DNA of 64,000 nt from an uncultured Candidatus Rokubacteria bacterium (lineage in GTDB: Bacteria > Methylomirabilota > Methylomirabilia > Rokubacteriales > CSP1-6), in the NCBI GenBank assembly GCA_963771355.1, contig CAVYTA010000007.1, forward strand, positions 64,001 through 128,000, in the 5' to 3' direction. A program made the position numbers and the translations under genes. The number at the start of each line of letters is the position of its first letter. The first letter of the stretch is position 1. The notes below the pieces were generated by a model. It searched no databases, was not told the DNA's origin, and saw only the letters and a list, made by a program, of their open reading frames with translations. Positions 39,942 through 53,266 of this stretch are shown piece after piece.

Positions 39942-41490
39942 ATGGGGACCGACAGCGGAGAGAGGGCCTTTGTCCTGACTATCCGCTTGGCCGCCGCCGC
40001 CCTGCTGATCGCCGGCTGTGCGACCGTGCCGACAGACTACCCACGAACCGAGTCGACGGCGTTCCAGCTCCACGAGTCCACCAGCATCGGCAAGGATCTC
40101 GCCGGCCTTGCCGCGCAACACCCCGGCGAATCGGGCTTGGCGATCATCCGGCGGGGGCGCATGGCGTTCACGGCCCGCGTGGCCCTGGCCGATCTCGCCG
40201 AAAAGACGCTCGACGTCCAGTACTTCCTCTGGGAATCCGACGCCACCGGACGCATCCTGGGCGACCGCCTCATGCGCGCGGCCGACCGGGGCGTCCGGGT
40301 ACGGATCCTGATCGACGACGTCAATCTCAAGGATCGCGACGCGGGCATCGCCGCGCTCGACGCGCACCCCAACGTCGAGATCCGCCTGTTCAATCCCTTC
40401 GCCCACCGCGGGTCGCATCTTCTTGGATTCTTGACCGACTTCGATCGCGTCAACCATCGCATGCACAACAAGCTCATGGTGATGGACAACGCCCTGGCGA
40501 TCGTCGGCGGGCGCAACATGAGCGATCCCTACTTCGAGGTGGACCCTCGAGCGAACTTCCGCGACCTCGACATCGCGGCGGCTGGTCCCGTGGTCCGGGA
40601 TCTGTCACGAGTCTTCGACCGATTCTGGAACGGCGACTGGTCAGTACCCATCGCGGCGCTGGTCGACCGGCCGTACACCGAGGCGGACTATCGCGCCCAC
40701 GTGCAACGCACACGCGAGGAGATCGCGAAGGGAGGCTATCCGCATCCGCTGGACGAGGACGTTGCCACGCTCAAGTCGGAGCTCTCGACCCTCGTTCGCG
40801 ACTTCATCTGGGCCCCCGCGCACGCCGTGTACGACGATCCCGCCTCGATGAGCGACCAGAGCCGGACGCGTGATGCACACGTTGCTGTTCCAGAGATTCG
40901 AGCGGTTGCAGACGGAGCTGCTGATCGAGTCGGCCTATTTCATCCCGCTCGACCGGGGCGTCGCCAAGCTGAAGGAGCTGGTCGACCGCGGCGTCCGGGT
41001 CCGGGTCCTCACGAACTCCCTCGCCTCCAATGACGTCATCGCCGCCTTCGCCGGATACTCGAAAAGGCGCGAAGCCATGGTCCGGAACGGCGTCGAGCTG
41101 TACGAATTGCGCCCGGAGCCGGGGCCGGTGCGCAAGCGGCTGTTCGGCGGCGGCTCAAGAGCGGGCCTGCACACCAAGGCGATCGTCTTCGACCGCAAGG
41201 ACGTGTTCATCGGCAGCTTCAACCTCGACGCGCGGTCGAGCGCCATCAACACCGAGGCGGGACTTTACGTGGAAAGCCCGGCACTCGCCGCGCAGGTGAT
41301 CGAATTCATGAATGAAGGAGTCGATCCGGACGTCAGCTTCCGACTGGAGCTCGACAAGGAGGGGAAGCTCCACTGGGTCGCCGAGGACGAGGGTACGCCG
41401 CTGCGCTACGACAAGGATCCGATGTCGACGTTCCTGCAGCGGTTCGCCGCCGGCTTGATCCGCCTGTTGCCGGTCGACACTCAGCTCTAG
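39942..41490 (+). CDS. phospholipase D / cardiolipin synthase ClsC-like lipoprotein (frameshift near 40866)
   Basis: Lipobox IAGC; two HKD motifs RMHNKLMVMD and LHTKAIVFD split across ORFs 39684-41033 and 40870-41490. Confidence 0.85.
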
Positions 41491-41694
41491 CCGCGTCAGT
41501 CGAACAGGACGCGCGTATGCGCGTGCAGCACCGCGCGGCTCAGTTCGCGGTTTGCCGAAGCCTCGCGCGGCCGTCCGTTGAGACAACGAACACCGCGCGG
41601 CCGCGCGCGACTCCAGCAAACCGATCCTCGGTCACCTCAGCTGTGACGCGTTCGCTGCGGCTACCCAGCCGGCCGGTCGGCGCTTACGCCCGGC

Positions 41695-42096
41695 TTAGTC
41701 GAATCCCCAGATCTGGAGCCTAGCCGTCGGCGCAGTACCAACGATTTTGTACTCGACCGTCACCGCCTCGAGCCGTGCCTTGCGTCCCGGAGCATCCCTC
41801 GGAACCGACTTTCCTCCAGCTTTCACGAGTCCGAAATCCGTGATCGTGTCGTCTCGGCGATTGTCCCAGTTGAGGATGACCTTCGTGATCTGCACGTCAG
41901 CACCCTCGATGCCGATCCTCATCTGCTTGATGTCCTTCGCCCACCGACCGCCTGAACTCTTGATGAGCGTGCCTTGATCGACTGCCTTGATCGTCTGCTC
42001 GCCGAGCATGGACCACTCGTCCGCGGCTCTGGCCACGGGGCCCATGAGGACGACGGACGCGACAGCGATAATGGCCACCAAAAATCGTGCGTTCAT
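41695..42096 (-). CDS. secreted beta-rich protein (DUF2541/YaaI-like)
   Basis: Signal peptide; WSMLGEQTI...G.S.P.D.PG....LE.V...Y...LQIWG. Confidence 0.6.
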   Translation of the reverse strand: MNARFLVAIIAVASVVLMGPVARAADEWSMLGEQTIKAVDQGTLIKSSGGRWAKDIKQMRIGIEGADVQITKVILNWDNRRDDTITDFGLVKAGGKSVPRDAPGRKARLEAVTVEYKIVGTAPTARLQIWGFD

Positions 42097-42578
42097 TGTT
42101 CGCCCTTCTTTCTCATCTCCGTCAGCCGAAGATGGATTCGCCTACCGTTTGTTCGGTGAGGAGCACTACGACCCCCGGTTCTTCATTTGCCTCCTTTCTT
42201 GCAGTCCCAGGGCGAAGCCAGGGAGTGCCGTCTTTGCCTCTGCGCCTCCGTCGAGACGCTCAAGTCGAAGAGCACGGCGCGGACGGCCCCGCAGGACCAC
42301 CGCCAACCGGTTCTGAGCCAGAGTTCGCCACTCAGGGTGTGCCACCTCCCGCAAACTTGGTAGAATTCGGTCTGGTGGGCAATAAGACCTTGGGCCTACT
42401 TGGTGTCAGTATGATCGGTCGTTCCGCCCGACGATGAGACGTTGAGTGCAGTCGCTGTTGCTGGACCTACATCAGTTGCGTTCGCAGACGGCGAGTCCGG
42501 AGGCGTGAAGGTCCTCCGCTGCATCGCATGTGCCATGCCCGGCTCGCCGCCCGCGGCCCGTACTAGCGTAGTGGCCCT

Positions 42579-44195
42579 GTGATCTCGCTCGTGTTGCTCT
42601 GGCTGCGCGCGGCCGGACTCGTGGGCCAGGCAATATCGCTCGGCGGGGCGATCTTCGCGCTGGGCGTCTTGCGCCCGGCGCGCACGCGGGCCGCGGCCGG
42701 CATGTTCGATCGCGTGCTCACGCTCATCACCTTCGGCGCCCTCCTCGCCGCCGCCGCGCAAGCCGGCGTGCTCGTTGCCCTGGCCAAAGCCCTCGGAGAC
42801 GATGTCGGCTGGCCGCTGGGCGCCCTGCTCGGCTCGACGGTCGGCGTGATCGGCCTCACCCGCATCGCGGTCGCGCTGCTGGGCGCCGCGGCCGCGCACG
42901 CGCTGCGTCGCGATCCAGAATCTTCCGCGCGAAGTATCTGGCTCTTGATGTCGGGCGTCTTGCTGGCCGTCACGGGGGCGCTGGCCAGCCATGCGGTGGG
43001 CCGTCTCGACGGAAGTGTCTGGCTCGTGACCGTCGGCGCCCTCCACCAGGCGGCCGCCGCCACGTGGACGGGCGGGCTCGCGTGCGCCACCGTGGTGGCA
43101 CTTCGCTCGGCGCCCGGGGCCCCGGACACGTGGCTCAGGCCGTTCTCGACGCTCGCGCTCGCCGCGGTGGTCGTCCTGGCCCTGACCGGCGGCGCGCTTT
43201 CTCTCGCCTACATCGCCACGCCGGCCGCCGCCATCGGCACGTCCTACGGAGCCATGACCCTCACGAAAATCGTCCTCTTCGCTGCGATGCTAACCCTGGG
43301 CGTGCTCAACCACCGCGCCCTGCATGGCCGACTTGCTGCGGGACGCCGGCTCACGTCGCGGGCGACGACGGCCCCTGACCCAGCCCGATCGGGCTCGATG
43401 CTGTTCCGTCGACGTCTGGAGGTGGAAGCGGGGCTCGCCATCGTGACGCTCTTCCTCGCCGCGTCGATCGGCTCCGCCCCGCCGGCCGCGGACGTACGAG
43501 ACGAGCGGGCAACGCTGTCAGAGATCCGCAGCGTGTTCACGCCCCAATGGCCCCGGCTCCAGGCGCCTAGCTTGGCCGAGCTCTCCGCGGCCACGGCTCT
43601 CGGGGACCCTTCCACGCCTCACTCGGCCGAGGAGACGGCCTGGTCAGAGTTCGGCCATCATGTTTCCGGCCTGTTCGTCTTAGCCATGGGAGTGCTCGCC
43701 ATGCTGGAGCGGACCGGACGGGCTCCGTGGGCCCGGCATTGGCCCCTCCTCCTCATCGGGCTGACCGGCTTCGTCGCGTGGAACATGGACCCGGAGGGCT
43801 GGCAAACCGGGCGGATCGGCTTCTGGGAGCATCTGCTGGGTCTCGAGGTGCTGCAGCACCGCATCTTGCTCGCTTTCACGGCGATTCTCGGAGTCGCCGA
43901 GTGGCGGGTGCGGAGCGGCCGGCATCCCGAATCCCGCTGGCGCTATGTCTTTCCGTTCGTCTGCATTGGAGCCGGCATCTTGCTACTGTCCCACGCCCAT
44001 GAGGTATCCAATGCCAAGTCGGCCTTCCTGATCGAGCTCACGCACCTGCCCCTCGGCCTCGTCATTCTGGTGGCCGGCTGGTCGCGCTGGCTCGAGCTGC
44101 GCCTGTCGCCGCCGGACGACCGTGCGCCCGGGCGGCTCTGGGGACCTGCCTTGACCGTGTTCGGGCTGCTCCTGCTCTTCTACCGTGAAGCCTGA
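42579..44195 (+). CDS. CopD-family copper resistance membrane protein
   Basis: ALASHAVGR, LHQAAAATWTGGL, GTSYG, WSEFGHH; many TM. Confidence 0.8.
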   Translation: MISLVLLWLRAAGLVGQAISLGGAIFALGVLRPARTRAAAGMFDRVLTLITFGALLAAAAQAGVLVALAKALGDDVGWPLGALLGSTVGVIGLTRIAVALLGAAAAHALRRDPESSARSIWLLMSGVLLAVTGALASHAVGRLDGSVWLVTVGALHQAAAATWTGGLACATVVALRSAPGAPDTWLRPFSTLALAAVVVLALTGGALSLAYIATPAAAIGTSYGAMTLTKIVLFAAMLTLGVLNHRALHGRLAAGRRLTSRATTAPDPARSGSMLFRRRLEVEAGLAIVTLFLAASIGSAPPAADVRDERATLSEIRSVFTPQWPRLQAPSLAELSAATALGDPSTPHSAEETAWSEFGHHVSGLFVLAMGVLAMLERTGRAPWARHWPLLLIGLTGFVAWNMDPEGWQTGRIGFWEHLLGLEVLQHRILLAFTAILGVAEWRVRSGRHPESRWRYVFPFVCIGAGILLLSHAHEVSNAKSAFLIELTHLPLGLVILVAGWSRWLELRLSPPDDRAPGRLWGPALTVFGLLLLFYREA

Positions 44196-44273
44196 AGGAG
44201 GTCATGCCGCGCTGCGAGGACCTCGTCCCGAAGTAGCGGAACGGACGCCGAGGGCCGAGCGCCCGCTAGGGCG

Positions 44274-47200
44274 TCATGACGGGGGGCGATCGTCGCGGCC
44301 CGGCACCGCGGGCAGGACGATGCGGAAGACGGCCCCGCCCTCGGCGTCGTTCTCCGCCCAGATCTTTCCGCCGTGCGCGCGCACGATGGTGCGGCTCACC
44401 GACAGGCCCATGCCCATCCCCGTCGGCTTCGACGTGACGAAGGGATCGAAGATCGAGCCCACCTTGTCGGCCGGGATGCCCGGCCCGTTGTCGGCCACCT
44501 CGACCTGCACCCAACGCCCGTCGTGCACGCGCGTGCGCACCACCAGCCGTCCCGCGCGATCGGGCGCGTCCGCCATGGCGTCGAAGGCGTTCATCACGAG
44601 ATTCAAGAGGACCTGCTGCAGCTGAACGCGGTCGCCCGACCACCAGCAGGAGCCGGGGCGCGAGGTCGAGGTGGACGACGATGTTCCGGAGCAGGGCGTC
44701 GGTGCCCACCAGGGACATCACGTCGTTGATCAGGTTGTTGAGCAGGAGCGGGCGGCGCTCGACGTCGCCCTTCTTGAAGAGGGAGCGCAGATGCTGGATC
44801 ACCTGGCCCGCGCGCTGGTCCGAGAGGACGATGTCCTCGAGGATCTCGCCCAGGCCGCTCTCGGTGTGCTTGCCCGAGGCGATGAGGCCAAGGCCGGCCT
44901 GGGCATTGGTGCGGATCGCGGTCAGCGGCTGGCTGAGCTCGTGGACGATGGCCGCGCTCAGCTCGCCCATGGTCGCGACGCGTGAGATGTGCTCCAGATC
45001 CTGCCGCAGGCCCTGCGTCTCCATCTCCGCGCGGCGCCGCTCCGTGATGTCGACGATCGAGGCGACGACCAGCACGCCGTCCGCGGTGCTGATCGGATTG
45101 AGGCCGATCTCGACGGCGACCTCGCTCCCGTCCTTGCGGCGTGCGAACAGAGGCCGCCCCGATCCCGTGGCCCGCGCTTCCGGCTTGCCCTCGAACTCCT
45201 TCCGCCAGATGAAGTGATCGTGGCGGGCCCGCACGGGCACCAGCATCTCGATAGGCTCTCCGGCGAGCTCGTCCCGCGTGTAGCCGAAGAGCTTCTCCGC
45301 TTCGGCGTTGACCAGCACGATCCGGCCCCTTTCCTCGACCATGACCATGGCATTGGGTGCCGCTTCGAATACCTGACGGAACTTCTCCTCGGCGCGCAGG
45401 CGCTCGGTGATGTCCAAGCACGACCCGATATAGCCGGTGAAGGTCCCCTCCGCGTCGTATCGGGGCACTCCGTGATCCGCGATCCAGCGGTATTCGCCGT
45501 CGTGTCGACGCAGCTGGTACTGCATCTCGAACGGGCGGCGTGCGCCGAAGGCCTCGGCATAGGTCTCGAGACAGCGCGACCGATCGTCGGGGTGCACGCC
45601 GTCGGCCCATCCGTCCCCCATCTCCTGCTCGACGGTGCGGCCGGTGAACTCGAGCCAGGGCCTGTTGACGAACGTGCACCGCTTGTCGGGTCCCGCCATC
45701 CAGATGAGCACCGGGGCCGAGTCGGCGACGGACCGGAACCGAGACTCGCTCTCGAGCAGGCGCTCCTCGCCGCGCTTCCGATCCGTGATGTCCACCGAGG
45801 CGCCGCTCCACCGTCGACCGCCGGCGGGCGGCCCTCCGTCGTGATGCCCCCGCGTGCCGATCCAGCGCTCGACACCGTCCGGCCGCACGATCCGATACTC
45901 CAGGTCCAGCTCGAGGCCCTCCCGCACCGACTGATCGATGGCGCGCGCGACCCGCTCCCGATCGCCGTGGTGGACCAGCCTGAGGAACTTTGCGTAGCTC
46001 AGGTCGTCGTCGGGGCCGATGCCGAAGACCTCGCGGAGCCGGGGCGTCCCCCACGCGCGGCCGGACGCGAGGTCGAGGCCCCACAGGCCGGCCCGCGCCG
46101 ACTCCGCGGCCAGGTGCACGCGCCCCTCACTCTCGCGTAACGCCCGCTCCACGCGCCACCGCCGCGCGAGGTTCAGCGCGAGTTGGGCGATCAGTGCCGC
46201 CTGGATCAGGCCCACGGCGAGGGCGCCGATGATCGATAGCCAATGTCGCTGCCAGAGCGTCGGTTCCCGAAACTCCACGCGGCTGCCCGGCGGGAGCCCA
46301 TCCTCCGGGATGTTCCAGCGCTGGAGCTCTCGCCAGTCATACCGTGGCTTCTGCGCCTCGATGATCCGCGGCGGGTGGCTCGACACAGGCTCGCCCCGCA
46401 GGAGTCGGATGGCGAGGCGCGCGCTCTCCTCCCCCTCCAGCTCCGCCTGGTAGAGGCGGCCGCCGACGATGCCCAGGCCCAGCTGGTTCTGGAAGAGGCC
46501 GTTGATGGGGACGTTCGCGGCCGCCCGGAGGCGCTGGAGGGCCTGGTCCTGGTTGTACGTCACTCCGCGCACGTCCCGCACGAGCAGGGCCAGCAAGATG
46601 AACGAGCGCGGGGGCAAGGAGGCCACCCGGCGGAGCATCTCCTCGAAGGACAGATCGTTGAGCCACGTGAAGGTCACGCGATCGGAGAACCGCGCGAACT
46701 CCCGTTGCATGGTTTTGGTCCAGAATTGCTCGAGTGGCGACGCCCCGATCACCACCACGATGTTGGTCGTGTCCGGCCGAAGCTGCAGGATGTCCTCGAC
46801 GAGGCCGGGCAGGTCGAAGTTCTCGCCCACGAAGGTGGCATTGCCTCCGAGGTCGGGCGGCAAGGTCCGGCGGTCCATCCCCGTGTAGATCACCGGGGTG
46901 CGAGGGAACAGGCGATCCCGATACTTCACGACGAAGCGACCCGCCGGCGATCCCACCGGCGCGACCAGGTCCGGCTGCCACTTCGCCAGCCGCTTGAGCA
47001 AGAGCTGGACGAGCGCCTCCTCCATGTCGGGCTCCGCGTAGCGCGCCATGCCGAGGGAGACCTCGTCGAGATCGATGGCCTCGCCCATCTCCGCGGCCAG
47101 GGTGGCCTCGAACGCGGTGGAGTGGGTCGTGAACGGCGGCGTGCCGGCGCCGAAGGAATTGACGATCAGGACCCGCTTTGCGTCAGCGGCGGCTGCCTCC

Positions 47201-47280
47201 GTCTCCGCGCACGTGAGCAGGAGCAGGAGCAGCCCGAGCGCGCACCGGCCGACGACCCGCATGGCAAGATAGCGTCTCAT
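44274..47280 (-). CDS. multi-PAS sensor histidine kinase with periplasmic ABC-SBP-like domain (frameshift at 44635-44637)
   Basis: Three PAS/PAC blocks, H-box VHELSQPL; HATPase (NLVMNA, DNGPG, GMGMGL) in shifted frame 44274-44606. Confidence 0.88.
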
Positions 47281-47347
47281 AGAAATGGTCCCGGCGAGCC
47301 TCAGGAGCTTCAAGCTCAAGGTGCGCCACCGAAGCCGAGGCCTGCGA

Positions 47348-47382
47348 GATAAGTGACAGTTTTGCCCGGATAGGTTACAGTT
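47348..47382. repeat. 14-bp direct repeat at 21-bp period, probable regulator site
   Basis: GATAAGTGACAGTT / GATAGGTTACAGTT (12 of 14 identical). Confidence 0.55.
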
Positions 47383-47403
47383 CGGCGCTCCCCTGGCCGG
47401 CGA

Positions 47404-47412
47404 TGGTACACT
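47404..47412 (+). promoter_or_regulatory. extended -10 element upstream of tRNA-Sec
   Basis: TGgTACACT. Confidence 0.5.
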
Positions 47413-47446
47413 CTTCCCGCTGATTTCTCAGGGCAGTTAGACTCAT

Positions 47447-47544
47447 GGAAGCGTTTGCGGCGCCGGTGCACGCCCCGGACTTCAAATCCGGTGTTCGGCT
47501 CTAGACAAGTCGAAGGTGGGTTCGACTCCCACACGCTTCCGCCA
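47447..47544 (+). tRNA. selC: tRNA-Sec (anticodon TCA)
   Basis: 8-bp acceptor GGAAGCGT/ACGCTTCC, G discriminator + CCA, anticodon loop CTTCAAA (TCA 47482-47484), long variable arm, 5-bp T stem GTGGG-TTCGACT-CCCAC. Confidence 0.96.
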
Positions 47545-47598
47545 GCACTCGAGCGCAAATAAAATACTAGGCAACGCTAGCCAGACGCGAGGAGGCGC

Positions 47599-48165
47599 AT
47601 GGCCAAGGCAAAGAAGAAGGGACCGGGGCAGGGGGAGAAGGCGAAGGGCGGATCGCGCTCGGCGCGGCGCCGGCGCCGCACCATCATCGGCATCGTGGCG
47701 GCGGTGATCGTGGCGGGCGTCGTCGGCTACTTCGCCTATCAGTCGGCGGCGAATCTGCCCGGCGTGTCCTACCCCGACCAGGGCAATCTCCACCTGCAGA
47801 CGGAAGCCGACCCGCATGTCCCCTACAACTCGGATCCGCCCACCTCGGGGCCGCATCTGCCCTATATCGCCCCCTGGGGTGTTCACACCGCGCCCATCGT
47901 CAAGGAGCTCCAGGTCCATAACCTCGAGGACGGGGGCGTCGTCGTGCAGTACCACTGCCCGGCCGGCTGTCCCGAGCTGGTCATCAAGCTTGCCGCCATC
48001 GTGAAGGGCTACGATCGCCAGGTGCTGCTGGCGCCCTATCCCGGGCTCAAGACCCGCATCGCCCTCACCGCCTGGACCCGCCTCGACGGCTTCGACGAGT
48101 TCGACGAGGCCCGCATCGTCCGCTTCATCCGCGCCTATCGTGGGATCGACCATCACAAGCGGTAA
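47599..48165 (+). CDS. DUF3105 domain-containing protein
   Basis: YNSDPPTSGPH, VHNLEDGGVVVQY, IALTAW; N-terminal TM. Confidence 0.88.
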   Translation: MAKAKKKGPGQGEKAKGGSRSARRRRRTIIGIVAAVIVAGVVGYFAYQSAANLPGVSYPDQGNLHLQTEADPHVPYNSDPPTSGPHLPYIAPWGVHTAPIVKELQVHNLEDGGVVVQYHCPAGCPELVIKLAAIVKGYDRQVLLAPYPGLKTRIALTAWTRLDGFDEFDEARIVRFIRAYRGIDHHKR

Positions 48166-48174
48166 GATGGCGGC

Positions 48175-48675
48175 ATGAGGCGCGCCCCGCGTCGTCCTCT
48201 CGTCCTGGCCCTGGCCGCCGGGCTGCTCCTGGCCGGCACCGGCGGCTGCTCGCGGCCCTTCGTGTCGCCCATCCTTCCGCCGCCCTTCCGCGACCAGATC
48301 CCGGCGGCCTACGACGCGACCTGGCGGGCGCTCATCCGCGCGCTCGCCTACGAGAACGTCCCGCTGCGCGCGGTGGCCAAGGACTCCGGCGTGCTGGCCT
48401 CCGACGAGATCCTGTCGCCCATCGGGGTCTATGCCGACTGCGGCCGGCTGGGCGACGTGGGGCTCGAGGGCGAGGCCACGGTGACCTTCACCGTGTTCGT
48501 CCAGGACAACGGCCAGCGCTCCACCGACGTGCAGGTCAATGCCAAGATGCGCACGCAGAGCTGGCGGCGCGGAGATTCCGGCAAGTTCCTGCCGGAGCCG
48601 GTGTACCCCTGCGTCTCCACCGGGCGCTGGGAGGCGAACCTCATGGACACGCTGCGCCGGCTCGTGCAGGAGTGA
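48175..48675 (+). CDS. hypothetical lipoprotein
   Basis: Lipobox-like TGGC; ADCG...CVSTGRWE. Confidence 0.7.
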   Translation: MRRAPRRPLVLALAAGLLLAGTGGCSRPFVSPILPPPFRDQIPAAYDATWRALIRALAYENVPLRAVAKDSGVLASDEILSPIGVYADCGRLGDVGLEGEATVTFTVFVQDNGQRSTDVQVNAKMRTQSWRRGDSGKFLPEPVYPCVSTGRWEANLMDTLRRLVQE

Positions 48676-48960
48676 TGGCCGTGCCTCCCAGGCTGCCCGA
48701 GCTCATCAAGCGCGCCCGCCGGCTGGCCCACGAGCGGGACCGACTCGTGACGGAGCTGGCCCGCGAGTGGACGGGGGCGCTGCGCGGCCAGGGCTTCTCC
48801 CCCAGCGACCTCGACGAGCTCTGGGCCGGCCTCACCGAGGAGGCGGTGCGCCGCCTGCTCCGGCACAGCCCGGAGGGCGTGAGCCCGGAGGCGCTGCGGC
48901 GCGAGGCCAACGAGGTGATCGCGCGGGTGAAGGAGCGCGTGGAGACGGGCCTTGCCGCGG

Positions 48961-48968
<8 letters not shown>
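48672..48968 (+). CDS. hypothetical helical protein
   Basis: GTGA overlap with upstream stop, AGGAG nearby. Confidence 0.7.
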
Positions 48969-50401
<1,433 letters not shown>

Positions 50402-50429
50402 CATGCGGGATGTCCGCCGATTGGGGGAG

Positions 50430-50456
50430 TGCGGGGGCCATTTCGAGGCCCCCGCA
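50430..50456 (+). other. hairpin between selA and selB
   Basis: TGCGGGGGCC-ATTTCGA-GGCCCCCGCA 10-bp stem. Confidence 0.6.
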
Positions 50457-50484
50457 GGTAATGAAAATGACCAGTTCTCCGGCG

Positions 50485-52395
50485 ATGACTGAACCCAAAC
50501 ACGTCGTCGTCGGCACCGCGGGCCATATCGACCACGGCAAGACGTCGCTGGTCAAGGCGCTGACCGGCACCGACACCGACCGGCTCCCGGAGGAGAAGGC
50601 GCGCGGCATCACCATCGATCTGGGCTTCGCCTTCCTGGAGGAGCCCGACGGCCTGACCATCGAGATCGTGGACGTGCCCGGCCACGAGCGCTTCGTCAAG
50701 AACATGCTGGCGGGGGTGGGCGGCATCGACCTCGCCCTCCTGGTGATCGCCGCCGACGAGGGCGTGATGCCGCAGACGCGCGAGCACCTGGCGATCTGCT
50801 CGTTGCTGCACATCAAGAGCGGCATGGTGGCGCTGACCAAGACCGACATGGTCGAGCCCGACTGGCTCGAGCTGGTGCGCGACGACGTGGCGCGCCTCCT
50901 CGACGGGACCTTCCTGGCCGGCTGCCCCATCGTCCCCGTCTCCTCGAAGACCGGCGCGGGCCTGCCCGAGCTCCGCGCCGCGCTCGCCGAGCTGGCCCGC
51001 TCCGTGCCGGCCAAGGCGCTGGACCGGACCGCGCGGCTCCCCGTGGACCGCGTCTTCACCGTGAAGGGCTTCGGCACCGTGGTGACGGGCACGCTCACCG
51101 CCGGCCGCCTCGCGATCGATGAACGGGTCGAGGTGTATCCCCGCGGGCTGCAGAGCAAGGTGCGCGGGCTCCAGGTGCACGGCCACGCGGTGGAGAGCGC
51201 GCAGGCGGGCCAGCGCACCGCGGTCAACCTCCAGGGCGTGGAGCGGACGGCCATCGAGCGGGGCGACGTGGTGGCGCCCGCCGGGACGCTCGTGCACACG
51301 GTGCTGGTGGACGCCACCGTGGAGCTGCTGGCCGACGCGCCGCGGCCGCTCAAGATGCGCGAGCGCGTGCGCTTCCACGTGGGGACGCAGGAGGTGATGG
51401 CGCGCGTGCTCCTGGTGGGGGAGCCCGAGCTTCCCCAGGGCCGCGCCTCGTTCGGCCGCTTCCGGCTGGAGGCCCCGGTGGTGGCGCTCCCGGGCGACCG
51501 CTATGTCATCCGCACCTACTCGCCCATCGTGACGATCGGCGGCGGCACCTTGCTCGATGTCGCGCCTCCGCGCTTCAAGCGCAAAGCCCCCGCGCTTCGG
51601 GCCCACCTCGAGCTGCTGGCCACGGGGTCGCCGGCCGAGGTCGTGGAGGAGCATCTCCGCCAGGCGGGCGCCGCGGGTGCGCGCCTGGTCGATCTCCGCG
51701 CCCGCACCCCGTTCGGTCCCGAGCTCCTGCGCACGCTCCTCGAGGGATTGCAGAAGGCGGGCGCCGTGGTGGCGGTGGACCGCGAGGCCTATCTCCACCG
51801 GGACGCGAACGACCGGCTCCGCGCCGCTACCCTCGGACTCCTGGAGGCCTTTCACGCCGAGCACCCGCTGCGGGGCGGCATCTCGCGCGAGGAGCTGCGC
51901 AGCCGGGCGGGGAACGCGCAGGAGAAGGTCTTCGGCCAGCTCCTGGGGACGCTCGAGACGGAAGGCATGGTGCGCAGCGAGAAGGACCAGGTGCGGCTCG
52001 CCTCGCACACCATCCGGCTGTCCCCCGAGCAGCAGCGGGTGGTGGACGGAGTGGAGGCCGAGTTCCGCCGCGCCCTCGCCGCGCCCCCGGCGGTGGAGGA
52101 GACGCTCGCCAAGTTCGGCGTCAAGGGCACGGAGAAGCACGAGCTCTTCCAGCTCCTCCTCGCCGACCGGAAGCTGGTCCGGGTGCGGGAATCGCTGTAC
52201 TTCCACGCGGCCGCCCTCCAGGAAATCCAGGACACCCTGGTGGCCCACCTCAAGGCCAAGAAGGAGCTCAGCCCCGCCGACATGAAGGACCTCTTCGGCG
52301 TCAGCCGCAAGTACGCCATCCCGCTCATGGAGTATTTCGACGCCCAGCGCGTGACCGTCCGGCAGGGTGAGCGCCGGGTGCTCCGCGGCGCCTAG
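50485..52395 (+). CDS. selB: selenocysteine-specific elongation factor
   Basis: [20 protein letters not shown]-terminal winged helix [13 protein letters not shown]. Confidence 0.96.
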   Translation: MTEPKHVVVGTAGHIDHGKTSLVKALTGTDTDRLPEEKARGITIDLGFAFLEEPDGLTIEIVDVPGHERFVKNMLAGVGGIDLALLVIAADEGVMPQTREHLAICSLLHIKSGMVALTKTDMVEPDWLELVRDDVARLLDGTFLAGCPIVPVSSKTGAGLPELRAALAELARSVPAKALDRTARLPVDRVFTVKGFGTVVTGTLTAGRLAIDERVEVYPRGLQSKVRGLQVHGHAVESAQAGQRTAVNLQGVERTAIERGDVVAPAGTLVHTVLVDATVELLADAPRPLKMRERVRFHVGTQEVMARVLLVGEPELPQGRASFGRFRLEAPVVALPGDRYVIRTYSPIVTIGGGTLLDVAPPRFKRKAPALRAHLELLATGSPAEVVEEHLRQAGAAGARLVDLRARTPFGPELLRTLLEGLQKAGAVVAVDREAYLHRDANDRLRAATLGLLEAFHAEHPLRGGISREELRSRAGNAQEKVFGQLLGTLETEGMVRSEKDQVRLASHTIRLSPEQQRVVDGVEAEFRRALAAPPAVEETLAKFGVKGTEKHELFQLLLADRKLVRVRESLYFHAAALQEIQDTLVAHLKAKKELSPADMKDLFGVSRKYAIPLMEYFDAQRVTVRQGERRVLRGA

Positions 52396-52408
52396 AAGGC
52401 GCCCCGCC

Positions 52409-53257
52409 CTAGCCCTTCAGCCCGCTGAGCCGGACGCCCTCGACGATGCGCCGGTTGGCGACCAGGAAGACCAGCAGCAGCGGTAGCGCGCTCAGCGCGG
52501 CGCCGGCCATGATGGGCCCGTAGGACTCCGAGCTATAGGCGCCGCGCAGCAGCGCCAGCGCCACCGGCAAGGGGAACATCTCCGCCTTGTTCACCGCGAT
52601 GAGCGGCCACAGGAAGTCGTTCCACGCCGACCGGAAGGCGAAGATGGACAGCGCCGCGAGCACCGGCTGGGAGAGCGGCAGGACGATTTTCGAGAAGACT
52701 TGCCACGTGTTCGCCCCGTCGATGCGCGCGGCGTCCTCCAGCTCGCCCGGCATGGTGAGAAAGAACTGGCGGAGGAGGAAGACGCCGAAGGCGAAGGTCA
52801 TTGCCGCCTCGGGCACGATGAGCCCCTGGTAGGTGCTGAGCCAGCCGAGCTGCTGCACGAGCACGTATTGCGGCACCAGTACCACCGCGTTGGGAATCAT
52901 CAGGCTCCCGATGATCATGACGAAGACGAGGTTCCGCCCCGGGAAGCGCATGCGGGCCAGCGGATACGCGGCCAGGGCACTGGTGCCCACCACCACGACT
53001 ACCGTGCCGAGGGAAATGATGATGCTGTTGACGAAGGCGCGCCCGATCCGCGCGGTGCGCGAGCTGCTGAAGAGCACCTCGACATAGTGCTCGAGGGTGG
53101 CCGGCCAGGGGATCCACTCCGGCGGCACACGGATGATGTCCGGAGTGTGCTTGAGCGAGGTCACCACCACCCAGACCACCGGCAAGAGCCAGAGCACGGC
53201 CAGCGCGCCGAGCCCGACGGTGAGCACCAGCCCCTCGAGGTCTCGCTGTCGCGGCAT
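52409..53257 (-). CDS. carbohydrate ABC permease
   Basis: ELEDAARIDGA, WNDFLWPL. Confidence 0.92.
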   Translation of the reverse strand: MPRQRDLEGLVLTVGLGALAVLWLLPVVWVVVTSLKHTPDIIRVPPEWIPWPATLEHYVEVLFSSSRTARIGRAFVNSIIISLGTVVVVVGTSALAAYPLARMRFPGRNLVFVMIIGSLMIPNAVVLVPQYVLVQQLGWLSTYQGLIVPEAAMTFAFGVFLLRQFFLTMPGELEDAARIDGANTWQVFSKIVLPLSQPVLAALSIFAFRSAWNDFLWPLIAVNKAEMFPLPVALALLRGAYSSESYGPIMAGAALSALPLLLVFLVANRRIVEGVRLSGLKG

Positions 53258-53266
53258 GCGCGCGCC

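Noticed and set aside
42166..42198. AAGGAGG + ATG giving MKNRGS* on the minus strand
   Set aside because: Too short; likely a remnant or indel artefact; no function can be supported.
28900..47544. Genomic island integrated at tRNA-Sec
   Set aside because: The accessory block lies 5' of the tRNA; I saw no integrase or duplicated tRNA 3' end.
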